Source of the DNA: Lingula anatina
Taxonomy: Eukaryota > Animalia > Brachiopoda
Length of the DNA: 64,000 nucleotides
Assembly (NCBI GenBank): GCA_051362555.1
Contig: CM120648.1
Span: forward strand, 14,876,587-14,940,586
Reading direction: 5' to 3'
A program made the position numbers and the translations under genes. Under the pieces are notes generated by a model, which worked only from the letters and a program-made list of their open reading frames with translations, was not told the origin of the DNA and did not search any database. Of the stretch, positions 12,716 to 24,890 are shown piece by piece (position 1 is the first letter of the stretch; every line of letters begins with the position of its first letter).

Positions 12716-15700
12716 CTGAAGATGAACCAGATAGAAGTCAGATTGTCGTAGGATGCATTCAGATCCAGTTAACCTGCAGACTAACTAGTCCCAGGATCAA
12801 ATAAAAGTGTGGTTCGATTTAATTGCTCTGCCCCCACTGGGACAGTGCGTGGGGAAAGCAGCAATCCATTATCAGGTGTGCTCCATATATGATCAGGGGA
12901 CTAGTTAGTCTGTGGATCAACTTGGTTGTGAATGCTGCCTTATTCACATCTGTGATACTGTTTATGATGGGATCAATGAGTCAATGATTGCCAGACATAT
13001 AGTGATACTTTAGGCAAGAAAATTATCCTGAACTTAAAATGAACTTTTTTCAACATCTGCCTTATTTTTCAGAATTTTCTTTAACATTTAGCAACATGCT
13101 AAGAATACAATAACCCCTGGCCTGGTTCTCAACAAGATGACACAGGTAAGTCAACACAGACTCACACAAACGCAACTTACATGAACCAAATATACAGAAA
13201 AAAAAACATCAAATCATTTTCCTTGAATTGTATGGATATCCCCAGATAATAGGCAGTTGGCCTAACTTTGGGATCAAATGTTAGAAAGGATTTTCTCTTA
13301 CCCAAAACATAAAATATGGATTAAAACAATATCAAATTTGGCCTAAAACAGTGACGCATTCTTTGTAGGTACTAGAATCTGTTTTGCACTTCATCTAATA
13401 CTGAACATGAGGTTGGCAAGGCTGGCCTCACACTTACATTTCTTTCTCCAGTTGTTTCTGCACCACTTTGGCACCCTTGGCCAGTGTCAGGTCCTGCTTG
13501 TTACATGCTATCAGTATAGGCACTGCAGCACTGGACACAAACCCATCAGTCAGGATTGTGTAAAGACATCTGAAATCACACAGACAATATAGTATCAAGC
13601 ACATGTCATCCAACATGATACTGTAGACATTTTTTCAACCTACTTCTGCTGCGTCATTAAAACAAGTATAAATCCAGGCTATGTTATTAATGTTTGTTAG
13701 TGCATGTGTGAAATAACAGCACCAGGCTATACAGGAGGGGATGGAGGGGGGGTTTACTTCCCTTCTTACTACCCTGTTACTCCACCACCACCACTGCACA
13801 CAAACAGAGGGCATTATGTATCATTCGCATAACATGCTCTATAGATTAGTATGTACCTTTTCTTTCTCTAAGCCTTTGTCATTTTGTTTTGGAAAGAGAG
13901 GGAGCTGAGCCTCTATACTTGAATGTTCATCTGTGTGTGTGTGTGTGTGTGTGTGTGTGAGTGCATGCGTGTGTGTGTGTGTGTGTGTGTGACCTTCATT
14001 TGGCAATTAAAGACCAGATCTCTGAAGTTCTCCAAAATGTCTTACTTTTAACCTATATTCCTATAAGATTTAACATTTTAAAAGCTAGTCCTCCAAATTA
14101 AACAAGAAATTGTACTGCAGCTCAGGCTCTGACTTACTCTGCCACATCCTTGATATCTTTCTGTAGAGAGGCGCTGTCCACCACAAACATGATCCCCCTG
14201 GCACTGGCCTTGTACTGGTCAAAATACTGCGACCGCAGTCTCTCATGTCCTGGGAGGTCAATCATGCGCAGTGTCCCTGTCTGAAACACAAACCAGTTCA
14301 AAGTGAACACAAACTATGAAACTGTGAGAAGCTAGCTACTACAGTATACATGGCAATAAAAAAATGCTTACACAGATGCGGATTATTAAAACATTCATAT
14401 AATAATAATAATAATAATAATAACAATAATAATAATAATAATATATGTAAGTCTAAATTCCTGTTCTGTAAACTTTCAAGTAAGTGCAATTATCATATAA
14501 TTTCAGGAAATCTGGACCTTAATAATAGAAGAGCCCATTATAAAAGAGAACTTCTATTGTTTTTATTGCAATAACCATTTAACTGCACTTTCCACATTAA
14601 CATGTTTTTTCTTCTATAAGACTTTATGCCACATAGTTTCCAGCAAATCATTTTGGGGTTAGCTAATCAGTTTTTCCCATTTTCTTGAGACATAAATAGA
14701 AGATGAAGTTTGATACAGTGTTTAAGATGTGAGGAGAGTGTCATGGGTTGACTTACCTTGTCTCCTGTCAGTTCATAGTTTCCAGTGTTTTCTTTGATAG
14801 ATGTATACGTCTCCACATATTTGTTAGCAGTGAGCTGAAATAATAACAACACAGTGTGAAGTAAGAGAACAGTTAGAGAACCAGGTTAAAAATACACGTC
14901 AGTCAGCTATCCCACAGAGAACCAAAGTCTGAGAACCCTGAGAAATGCTTTGTGTGACATCTGATCGTCCTTTGAGCACCATATATGATGTCAACTATCT
15001 TCAAAATGTCATAACAAATTCATAACTTGCAGATTTATATTTATGAAGACTTATTTCATGATGTTATGATCTTCAATTCATATTCATCTCTAAGTAATAA
15101 TGTGAAACCGATACCCTTTTTCCATTTTCTAATTTTTTTTTCTTTCACAACTGGTAAGATAAGATAAGATAACAATACAATATCAAGAACCCCCCCCTCC
15201 ACCTGATACATATGTACTAACCCTACTAAACATAAGTGTCTTGCCGCCATCACAGGCTCCCATCATCAGAATACCACGCCGGTTGTTCTTCTTCCCCAGT
15301 CGAATGAATACAACAACTGAAAAGAATGAACATTAAAAACTGCACATTTCTATAGCCCCATTCACACGTACATGGTTAATCGAGATTAAGAGAATCTCGA
15401 TTCTAACGCGCTTAGCTAAATTCACTTTTTTGCGTTCACACATGTAAATACGAAATCGCGATTTACCTTGCTAGATCTGGTAATTGCAACTGTGCTCGCT
15501 AGGGGAGTCACGGTATATCCTGTTGATCATGCCCAGTAGCTGCCTTCAAGACCATGCTTTCGGTATGTACGGTGTTATTTTCTGTTTAATATTCTCATCG
15601 GCCCAAATATTTGTTTATGCTGCCACTGAGTTCTCAGACCATACTTCCTCTTGGCCATTTTGCTGACTGCGAAGAAACTTGAAATTGGGTGGACAGTTTG

Positions 15701-16480
15701 TTTTCTTTCACTTTCCAGTCAGCAAATAGCTGTATTTAGCTAATGATTCGTTTCAATTTATACCCGACATGAAATAAAATTTATTGTATTGTATTGTACT
15801 TTACTTTCGATAGAAACTATGCACGCGCCTTAAGTCCTCAACTTCTGGTGTTAACATCGATCCCGTTCTCACTAGGAAATTTTAAATCGCGATTTAAGTT
15901 TACATCGATAGAATCCACCTCTCGAGTAGGATTAATTTGAATCGCGATTTGGCATCTCTACTGCGTTCACATTAGAAGCTTTACATCGATAGAATCGCGA
16001 TTTGGCACTAATCGTGATTGAAAGTGTCTCGTGTGAATGGGGTTTATAATTCACAGTACAGCTTATGTAATTATATGCACCTCAAGTCACACAGACCAGG
16101 CCACTTTATGTGGACGGGGGAAAGTACAAAACTTACGGATAAACTAGATTTTTTAAAGCTTTTTTGTCCTCGTGCAATTTCCAAGGGCTTTGTTTAACTT
16201 ATCAATTAACTCCATTCCTTAAATGAAATGTGATTAAATACGCTAAAGACATCAACCGGCGTCTTACTTAGAATAAGAACAGGTGGCCTGAATGCAGGCA
16301 CATATGGCAGGGTGCTAGACCACTGAACTCGCTATGCGTTGCTATAATAACACACTACTTACAAAGGGTAATGATCCCGACTAGGACAGCTACGAGTATC
16401 GCATAGAAAGAAGGGTCTCCATTAGCAAACCCTTGCTCTAAAGTCTTGTACCAAAACTCCACGTTGCCTTGTCGAGACAT
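12499..16480 (-). CDS. SRPRB: Signal recognition particle receptor subunit beta, 260 aa, 6 exons: 16480-16363, 15316-15222, 14834-14757, 14280-14138, 13569-13438, 12715-12499
   Basis: GT-AG introns; spliced length 783 nt in frame. N-terminal TM anchor (AILVAVLVGIITLFVVFI); P-loop GACDGGKT; TYTSI; DLPGHERLR; FVVDS; ACNKQD; LEKEMNTLRVTRSAAL; C-terminal WLQKIA*. These are typical of the SR-beta GTPase. Confidence 0.96.
12748..12942. mobile_element. Short MITE in SRPRB intron 5
   Basis: CAGACTAACTAGTCCC / GGGACTAGTTAGTCTG core inverted repeat, with imperfect extension to GCATTCA / TGAATGC. Confidence 0.7.
13438..13569 (-). CDS. SRPRB: SRPRB exon 5
   Basis: ILIACNKQD (G4 motif); canonical splice sites. 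Confidence 0.95.
13933..13991. repeat. (TG)n microsatellite
   Basis: Direct reading; interrupted once. Confidence 0.95.
14138..14280 (-). CDS. SRPRB: SRPRB exon 4
   Basis: IDLPGHERLRSQYFDQYKASARGIMFVVDS; canonical splice sites. Confidence 0.95.
14400..14442. repeat. (AAT)n microsatellite
   Basis: Direct reading. Confidence 0.95.
14757..14834 (-). CDS. SRPRB: SRPRB exon 3
   Basis: tttcag|CTC...AAG|gtaagt; YVETYTSIKEN. Confidence 0.93.
15222..15316 (-). CDS. SRPRB: SRPRB exon 2 (P-loop)
   Basis: ttttcag|TT...AGG|gttagt; RRGILMMGACDGGKTLMFSR. Confidence 0.93.
15354..16044. mobile_element. Non-autonomous DNA transposon (PIF/Harbinger-like MITE) in SRPRB intron 1
   Basis: TIRs AGCCCCATTCACACG / CGTGTGAATGGGGTT; 3-bp direct repeat TAT on both sides; several subterminal AATCGCGATT palindromes. 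Confidence 0.82.
16363..16480 (-). CDS. SRPRB: SRPRB exon 1
   Basis: ATG at 16480; donor |gtaagt, phase 1. Confidence 0.88.
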
Positions 16481-16487
16481 TTTCCCA

Positions 16488-16496
16488 CCGGAAGTG
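16488..16496. promoter_or_regulatory. ETS/GABPA-type motif CCGGAAGTG just upstream of the SRPRB start codon
   Basis: Exact consensus 7 nt upstream of the ATG; this motif is common at housekeeping promoters. Confidence 0.5.
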
Positions 16497-17710
16497 ACTT
16501 ACTTTTCTTCCTTCAAACAGAAGAGCGGAGTAGGATGTCATCACAGGCCAGTGGCCAGTAGGTTTAATCTCAAAAAAGATAAGTAATACTCATCCCACTA
16601 GAAAATGCATAAATTACTTCCATCAGTATCTTTTATATCACTTCCTAAGTCATATGATATTGGAGAGTCCAATAACGTGCAGCAATTAAATAAAAACCAA
16701 ATTTAATTAAAATATTTTAAATAAAATTAAATTAGATTAAAATTTAGATAGCTGTGTAACAAGTGGCGACTAAGGCCAAAGCAAAACAATCTGTTAACGC
16801 TACTTGAATTTATATAGACAAAATTTTGAAGAAAAAAAAAGAACAAGAAGAGCGAACTGTCAAATAATCAGATTTTTTAGTCCTATTTCTATTTCTGATA
16901 TTTAGAAATAACGCTATAAGAGATGTGTTCCCCCAGGCATTACATAATGCCTGAGAGAATACGTCTCTCATTTCGATTCCTTCACTATAAGAAATTAGCA
17001 AGAGTAGCGACCTGAAAATGAGAAACTAGGCAGCGCTAATCCAAAAGAAATAACAGAGATACGAACTTACAAATTAAAGCATAACGGACGTCTTGTTAAG
17101 ATACATCAATCACACACTTCACTCCGTTGTACTGTAAAGCGTCTTCCTCGGCAAATGAAAAGAGCTTATAAGAATTTTTTATTATCTTTTATTTGATAAA
17201 AAGACTTGATCTACTGATAGTTTAGATGTTTTTTCATAAATGAACTAGTTTTTATTCATTTTAATAATTCATTAAAAATACGACAACTGATAAATAAATT
17301 GTAATAAGTTAATTCATTTCTAAAAACGATTACAACTGATACATAAATTGGTGATTTACCTTATTCTAACCAGCGTGGAGAGGTTGAAGGAGCCGGGAAA
17401 TTTAATCGTCTATCTAGGCAAGTCCCCAACAGCCCCTCTACTGGCAGTCTCTGTCCCCGGCCTTGCACTAGATTTAGTTCGAGGAATAAGAAAAACTGCT
17501 TTGCTAGTATAGATAGTACTTCAAGACTGAGTCTTTTTTACTCAATCACTAACACCTAAAACATAAAGGGATATTCATTTGTTATACTTGTCTGTACGTT
17601 TTATTTAAAAATAACTGACGTCCGGAGGTCGCGGTATTATACAAATATACTGCTTCATTTACAAACAGCGATATTGAAAATAATTTCAAAAACAAGATAA
17701 AATTAAACTA

Positions 17711-17980
17711 TGGGAGCTTCCTTGCGACTGAGATTGCTAAAAGGCTGTAAGCGCAGACTGACCCAGGTGTTAGATATCAGCTAACTCACCGCAGTCCTAA
17801 AATGTCTTCTACTGTCTGAACTCCGTGTGCCTTGCCACTGGAAAGTAAAAAACATCCATGATTCTGGGTGTGGACGGAGGTTAAAAGATATCCCCATGGT
17901 GACCTGTCCGGCACAGGGCGATAAAAACTCTCGTCACAGCGGTGTGCTAAACTCAGGTCACACTAACGAAGACAAACAAC
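17711..17980 (+). mobile_element. Possible degenerate SINE
   Basis: GC-richer ~270-bp island starting GGGAGCTTCC with a decayed A-box-like head; no intact B box. Confidence 0.25.
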
Positions 17981-18309
17981 ATGGTGTTAAAATCTGATAG
18001 AACTGGAATATACAGAACATATTTACCTGTAGAAAAAACATTTTAAAAAGAAATAAATAAAATGCCGCAAATTTGGTGAAAATCATTTCTACCTGCCGTT
18101 TCACAAAAGAATAACGAAAAGCAGAATATTATGATAAATTGCTGAATATAGTAAATGCTTGATTTCTTATAAATACCTTTGTAGTTTAATAGCATAACTA
18201 GCTGATGCCGCATTAGTTCTTTTCCCCTTCTCTCTCTTATGTCAATGCTTCTCGGGATAATGCGCTCTCTACGGCGTATTCACTATTCGACAACTACACT
18301 TGATCAGAA

Positions 18310-18565
18310 GTATGATGATTGACGTTAGTTTATATAACTGCCAATCAATCTATCCACTTTTAATAGCTTTGATTGGCACCTCTCAATCATGAGCGGTAAA
18401 AGTTCCTTTACGGGATGATTGTGATTGACGTTTGTTGATAAAACCGTCAGTCAAACTGTCAAATTTGACAGCTTTGATTGGCACCTCTCAATCACGCGAG
18501 ATAAAAGTTCCTTCGTAGGATGATAATGATTGGCGTTTGCTTATAAAACTGTCAATCAAACTGTA
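18310..18565. repeat. ~105-bp tandem repeat, about 2.5 copies
   Basis: AGCTTTGATTGGCACCTCTCAATCA at ~18365 and ~18470; GATTGACGTT...TCAATCAA three times. Confidence 0.85.
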
Positions 18566-20623
18566 TGCATTTAAGAGCCCAGATTTATACTTATCAGTCG
18601 CAAAAGTTCTTTTTATTTTACAAAGAAACTGGAGGAGCCGCCCGTACTTGACAAACTCCCCAAGAATTGGACTAAATTGTATGAATTTGAGTAATAGTAT
18701 GTAAAAGTTGGAATTAATTTGAATGCCTCTATATGAAAGGCTTACTTGCTACTTGCAGCACCCCTAAAAATATATATAATCCGGAGCAAAATTTCGAATT
18801 ATGATAAAATCAAACTAAAACAAATAAGGTATTGAAAACAAATGGATTAACGCAATACACAGATAAGGAAGAATTAGGATATTAGAAGAAAAGAAATTTT
18901 CGAAATATTAAAAATCAACATTACGTTGCAAATGAAGTGGGGATATATGTGCCAAAGTTGCAAATGGAGATGGCTTGCATAAAACAGACTAGGCTGAATT
19001 TTTTATTGTCTTTGCTTGAAATAATGCAAATTGATGAAAAAATCGCAAAATCGACACTCCCCCACCCCAAACAAAATATTTCTAAATGTTGCTATTCTCT
19101 CCATGTCTGGCGGTACTTTTGATGCCCAGTCAACAAAAAAATAAATAACAAGCATTTTGATAAAATTACATAATAGCGATAAATAATGAATGAATAGGTG
19201 AATTAAAGCAATAATATTAAAACCCATGCGTTCTCTTATGCGCTATAAACCGTAGAGAGTTCTTAAAGTTTCCTTTTCTCCTCTTTCCATAAGATTAATG
19301 TTAGATAACAATGAAAATAAAATAGAAACATGATCATTCCATATGACCACCCCCTTCCCATCCCGCCACCAACAACGGAATTTCAAAGTTAATTATTTAC
19401 AAAAAAGAGAGAAAGAAAAAAGAAAAAGAAAAGAAAGAAAGAAAACAGAAAGCATATCAAGTTCCACTTTTGTTGAGCGATCTTATAAAATTTAATTTAC
19501 ACTTCTAATACACAATAGCTTCGATCTCCGATGAAGAAAGACTCCAATAGAAGGAACTATTTGGCGTTGAAAGGAATAGTGATAAGGACAAGGACCTTAT
19601 AAATGGAAGTTTGGCGTAGACAAACCATGTTTTATGGCGACGGTTAACTCATTAATTGCATTTCTTGAACCCCATATTTGTGTTTGTCTTTTACTTATAC
19701 TTTCGATTGGGTTAATAGGAGAAATAAAAACTTTTTCAAAGGGGGGCTACATGTACCAATATTCGCACCTTTGCAGTGTGTTTGTGCTAAAAGCCGTACT
19801 TAAATAGCCATCACCTGCATCGACGAGCATTTAATAGCATCAAAATACAATCCAAGGGCAAATGTAAGCTTTATCGGACCATTTTTTTGCCCCCCTTCCT
19901 GCGAATGGAATGTGTCTTCTCCTGACTCACAGCGTTATGACGTAGTTATAGCTTAAGTTTGATTTAGTCCGTCACAACGTTAACACAGTCTTGCAAAAAT
20001 AATCAGTAATCGGGATATTTTTCTGGTATTATATGATATGATTTAAGTCAATTAAGAGAAAAAATTGAAATGGATAAAAGTATTGAGCAAATACTATTGA
20101 CCTGCGATATATCAATATAAATTTACAAATGACTGGCCTCAGTTGTTTCGGCTACTTTCAGACTGCCCTTCATCGACCCTAGACAACGTCTCCGACGTGA
20201 GTTCCCAAAGAAAAACGTGTATCGCATGTAGAGGTCTCAAGTGCAGTTATCACTGTTACGGGGTCATATTTTCTCATATAAATAAACTTCAAGAAATTTG
20301 GGCTCCTTTAAAATAAATGCATTCAGTTCATATAAATGAAATTCAAACAAATTTATAGTGAAAATCAAACAAGGTTATTTTTATAAAGCTTACTCTTGTG
20401 CTTTGAATTATAAATATCTGCCTGCTTGGGTATTCGCGGAATATTCAGCTATGTTCTCATAAAAAGTAACTTACGGCCCTTTATATGTTATATTATAAAG
20501 TTTTAGTTGCGTTTTATTTAAAATCCGTATCAAATCAATAATCTTTAAGAAAACCCTCTTTTTCAGTTAGCGTTGTATTTGATTTATATGTTTGATGTTG
20601 CTGTTCAGGGTGTCAACGCGGCA

Positions 20624-21143
20624 AAGGAATGATGGCAAAAAATAATGGGTTTAGTCTGCACCTTTTCCGTGAATCAGAACACTACGGAGACCAAAAATTC
20701 TACCTGCACGGTACGATTTTGCAGTTCTCCTTTCTTGTTTCCGTTACTAGTTTTTACCCTCTACCAGGCCCGAGGGAAATATGTGTACTCATCACAGATA
20801 GCAATATGACCGTCTATTTACCCTGTATCTAAGGATATATCTGTGATTATCTAGTGCAAAATTTATCTGTGGCCCTAGTAGAGGGTAACTAGTTTTCTAC
20901 ACTAGTACACCGATTATCTGAATTTTTTTAAGCAGCTAGGTCTTCTTCGTGAAGTGGAGGAGTTCACGTTAGCTGGTAGATGTACCGTACACGTCAGGTC
21001 AGGACTATCTCGACCCACCTTTACTAGCAAAAAAAAAAAAAAAAAAAGAATTATCGTCGGCGATGCAAGCAGGGCTGTTTGAGAGTGTTCTGATTCACGG
21101 AGACGGTACAAACTAAACCCATCATTTTTTCCAATCATTCCTT
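20624..21143. mobile_element. Non-autonomous element with 60-bp imperfect terminal inverted repeats
   Basis: Arms 20624-20683 and 21084-21143 (AAGGAATGAT...GGGTTTAGT...CCGTGAATCAGAACACT). Confidence 0.75.
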
Positions 21144-21582
21144 CGTTGTTTTTGAATACATCACTGTACGTGTATGGTACGATCAGTTAAATAACAGGCT
21201 TATTATGTTACTGAATTTTGTCGTAACATAACATTTGTCTTAACGCGGTTTGTCTGTATTAACTAACCCTGTTCACGCAGCTTTAGTCATTGTTAACAAA
21301 TCAGCACCCTCCATCAATTCTCGCTGTCTTCACAAACACAATATGATGAAATTCATGGACTCCGTCACAATCATGTTGAGACAAGCACTTACAAAAAGAT
21401 CAAAAACTGTAGCTTAAACCCTGTTGAAACTTAACTTCTTCCGACGGTTTATCAAAAATAAATATTATGAAATTTCGTTAAAAATTATTTCGAATATTCA
21501 TGCTAACTAGACATTGTTTTGGTAAGTTGTTGAATTGATTTGCGTTCATTATCATCTTTTCATAATATGTTTATTGTGGTCA

Positions 21583-22079
21583 CAGCCCCTTAGCCAGAGC
21601 ACGCTGACGGGGTTGAAAATAGTGGAGGGGTGGGCTAATTGTAGTCATGAGAGTATAGAACTTTATTCATTGTAACGTTTGCATCTATCTGGGTAGATGA
21701 AAAATTACAATAGAAATGTAATTATAAATTAGTATGCTATTAACCAATAATATAACACCGGTATGACTAATCCTAAAAATCTACATACAAGTTATTTTTT
21801 CATTGTGCAGACAGAAAATTAAGCATTATATATTCACAAATTATTTCCTTGCCATTTCATGTCCCTTATATGATAAATCTAGAACCAGCTGGCGAGTTCC
21901 CGATGCGGTATTTGTTTTCCTCCAGATGGCGCTATCTTACGGTCTAGTTGGTCAAACATAATTAAAACTGCTCAGATATTAAAATCAGTGTGCCGTATTG
22001 CGTCATATCAATATAGCCAATGACCTACATAATCATTAAACACCCCCCTCCCCCCCGAGGCCCTCTGGCTACGGGCCTG
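21583..22079. mobile_element. Possible hAT-like MITE remnant
   Basis: CAGCCCCTTAGCCAGAG vs CTCTGGCTACGGGCCTG (17-bp inverted repeat, 2 mismatches); no clean TSD. Confidence 0.45.
21919..21933 (+). promoter_or_regulatory. CTCF-like motif CCTCCAGATGGCGCT
   Basis: Close match to the bilaterian CTCF core CC.CCAG.(G/T)GGCGCT. Confidence 0.4.
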
Positions 22080-22167
22080 GTCTAGTTTGTCAAACATTAC
22101 AAAAACTGCTCAGATATTAAAATGAGTGTGCCATATTGAGTCATATTAAGATAGTGACCTACATAAT
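21941..22167. repeat. ~90-bp direct duplication
   Basis: GGTCTAGTT.GTCAAACAT...AAAACTGCTCAGATATTAAAAT...TGACCTACATAAT at 21941 and 22079. Confidence 0.85.
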
Positions 22168-23008
22168 GTCCGTTCAATTTGGGATGGATAAGGATCAGGG
22201 ATCAATTTAATTCTGGCATATCTTGAAATATACTGATCACAAATTCGTCCTATTTATTTTTAAAGTTGTAAATTACAAATGAAGTATTTTTTTGTAAAAC
22301 ATTTGTGACAATTGAATAGGAAAGGCGGCAACTTCAGCCTGCCACCTCCCCCTACCATGAATGTAATGGGACGTACAGCCTAGTAGGTTTCACTTCCTCA
22401 GTAGGTCTACTGTGTGATCAGGAAGTGGAGCGAAGGCGGCCCAGCCAGATATTAAGTATACGAATATCGAAATTTCAACCGAATCAGTATAACGTTTTAA
22501 GAAATCAATGTTAGGTATTTGATGATAAGTTTATTGTGATTTATTTTTTAAAAATATTTTGTTTGATTAAAAGTAAGTTTTCTCAACGCACAATTTTGTT
22601 TCCTCCTTCAGTTCTCATCACGTCTTGTACAAATGTGAAAATGTAGTTGCACTTCATGTTCAGTATTTTGAACTTCTTTGGTAGAAATTATAGTGGCATC
22701 AGAAGTTTACCGTGAGAAATGGTCAAGGAGAGAAAATGCTGTGAGATGTCCTGTTGAAATTTTAGCTATTTGCATGTTGATATTTTGTGACAGAATGGTT
22801 GATAGTGGAATTACAGAATATTATATAGGTGTAGTACATGTAACAAACGTTCATTTCCGAATAGGTAAAGAAAATAACTTCGTTGGGTATAGTAATATAC
22901 TTCCATTTCGAATATTGGCAATATTAAACAAATTAAATTGTGGTATTTCAGTTCATTAAAATGTGTGAGCTAAATTGAAGTTGTCTTGATTATAAGATGA
23001 ACCCTTCT

Positions 23009-23220
23009 AGGCATAGGGGGCCAGCTGATGGCCTAAAATGTTCTTTGGAAAGGATTTGAAAAGCCTCTGTCTAAAAGGTGTTTTTTTATCAATTTAACAT
23101 CAACAATTTGAGGTCTTTTAAAATGCCATTAAAATGTAGTATATTTGAAACGCAATTATATTTGAGAATGCATGGTCAGTTACAAAACCTGCTTTGTTTC
23201 GATAATCCACCCCTATGCCT
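23009..23220. mobile_element. Possible short MITE
   Basis: AGGCATAGGGG / CCCCTATGCCT perfect 11-bp inverted repeat; no TSD seen. Confidence 0.4.
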
Positions 23221-24509
23221 TGAAATACATGTATGTTCTGTACTATTCTAGTTTCATGTTTGTCGCCGTGGCATTTGTGAAATAGTGCTATTTGTAGTTT
23301 TCTTCAACAAGGCAGCAAGTCTCTTCTTTCTAGTTAAAAAATACACAAAATTCAGCATTTTCACCTGAATCACCAAGGGACACATAAACCGTTGAAAAGA
23401 ATTCTACAATCCTTCTTTATTTCTTAATTTCTGTTTTTACTGACGCCAGCAAACTCTTCTGTCTCGTTCTCCATTATAAAAGTGGAATTGAAATGGAATA
23501 TTGATTTTTGATATTTAAAGGACTGACGTTCACTGTGTGTTTTTCTTGTTATGGACAGATAGGAGGCATATCGTTGTCTTGTTAAGCAATAAATGTCATT
23601 TTACGTGGCAAGATAGATTTTGTTTTACTAGAAGCGTATATAATTTACAAATTGTATTTTCCATTTATGGGGGATTTGGAAAAATTCCCTTCTTGAAAAA
23701 CTGATTTGGTGAATACGATGCATAAGATGGAGAATAAACGTCTTTCTTCTTTTAGTAATTATTTCTGGGTAAAGACAGAGAACCATTCACGTGATTGTGG
23801 GTGTAGTATTTTACAAATTTGACTGTTTTCGGCAATTCTCTCTCTTACCAGCATCGTTTATTCCATAGTTCAAAGGATGCAGAAATGATGGATATTTTCT
23901 TCTACTTTAGAACAATTTTGTTTAGAAGGCTGCAGAACATTTGCTACAAGAATTTTTAAATTAAAATGAACGTTAGAAAAACAAGAGTTATTGAGATCTG
24001 TGCCTCGGATTTTGTGTTACTACATGTATATGTTGGTGATTTTTGATAATAATTTTACAAGGATATTTTTTCAATTCCATATCCCCTATTATAATATGCT
24101 ATTTAGCATTTATTCGATTTTGTCAATAGCTGCCACAATGTTGAATATAGAATGGAGGAGGAGGCTAGATCCACCATTGTTTTTATGCGAAAAAATTAAA
24201 TATTTTGTTTTGAGTTATTAAGATCAAACATAACGCCAGTTATTTCGTAGATAGTTTATTTGACAAGTAGAACAAACAAGAATGTGATATTTGTTACACA
24301 TTAGAATGAATCGTAATGCAGATACAGATATCAATAATTTTGTTTTACATACTCGAACCTTTTTCAACTTGTAGTAATAAAAAGACTTAAGACAATAATG
24401 TTTTACAGATATATGTTTAATGAATAAATGAATAAATGATATCAATTTGTTTTGCTCTTAATAAAAAAAAACTTATTGAACATACAAAATGTCTTAGTGT
24501 TTTTTTTGA

Positions 24510-24890
24510 TGGCTACATGGCTAGCCTGGGGTTGGGGTTCAATTCCTGGCTCGGGCACTTTGGAATTACAAATGGGGTCGATTACAATTTTCCTTTAGTT
24601 ACTATAAGAAGAAAGCCTACCCGGGGAGGGTGGGTGGGAACACTTAGAGAAGTAGGTAACGCGCTTGGCTCAGAGACAGAAGGTCCCCAGTTCGATTCCT
24701 GGCGCTACTAGGTCCCAGCAAATTACCTTTTGCAAAAATAAACCTAAAATAAACATTAAACTACTACAAATGGATCATGCAAAAGGGGTAAAGCAAGCTG
24801 AGACGGTAGCTGAATAGGTAAAGCGTAAGGCCAAGAAGCCTAATAAGACGGCTGACCAACAAGCTGATAACCAAAGGTTCGAGACGAGCT
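24510..24890 (+). pseudogene. Cluster of degenerate tRNA-like / SINE-head fragments
   Basis: B-box/T-arm motifs GGTTCAATTCCTGG (~24536), GTTCGATTCCTGG (24690) and GGTTCGAGAC (~24876); A-box-like TAGCTGAATAGGTAAAGCG (~24807); no complete cloverleaf. Confidence 0.45.

Noticed and set aside
12364-12751. Plus-strand ORFs of 102 and 119 aa
   Set aside because: Antisense shadows of SRPRB exon 6.
14298-14574. Poly-Asn / poly-Leu ORFs
   Set aside because: Translations of an intronic (AAT)n microsatellite.
20629-21138. Paralogous ORFs MMAKNNGFSL... (+) and MIGKNDGFSL... (-)
   Set aside because: They are simply the two arms of an inverted repeat.
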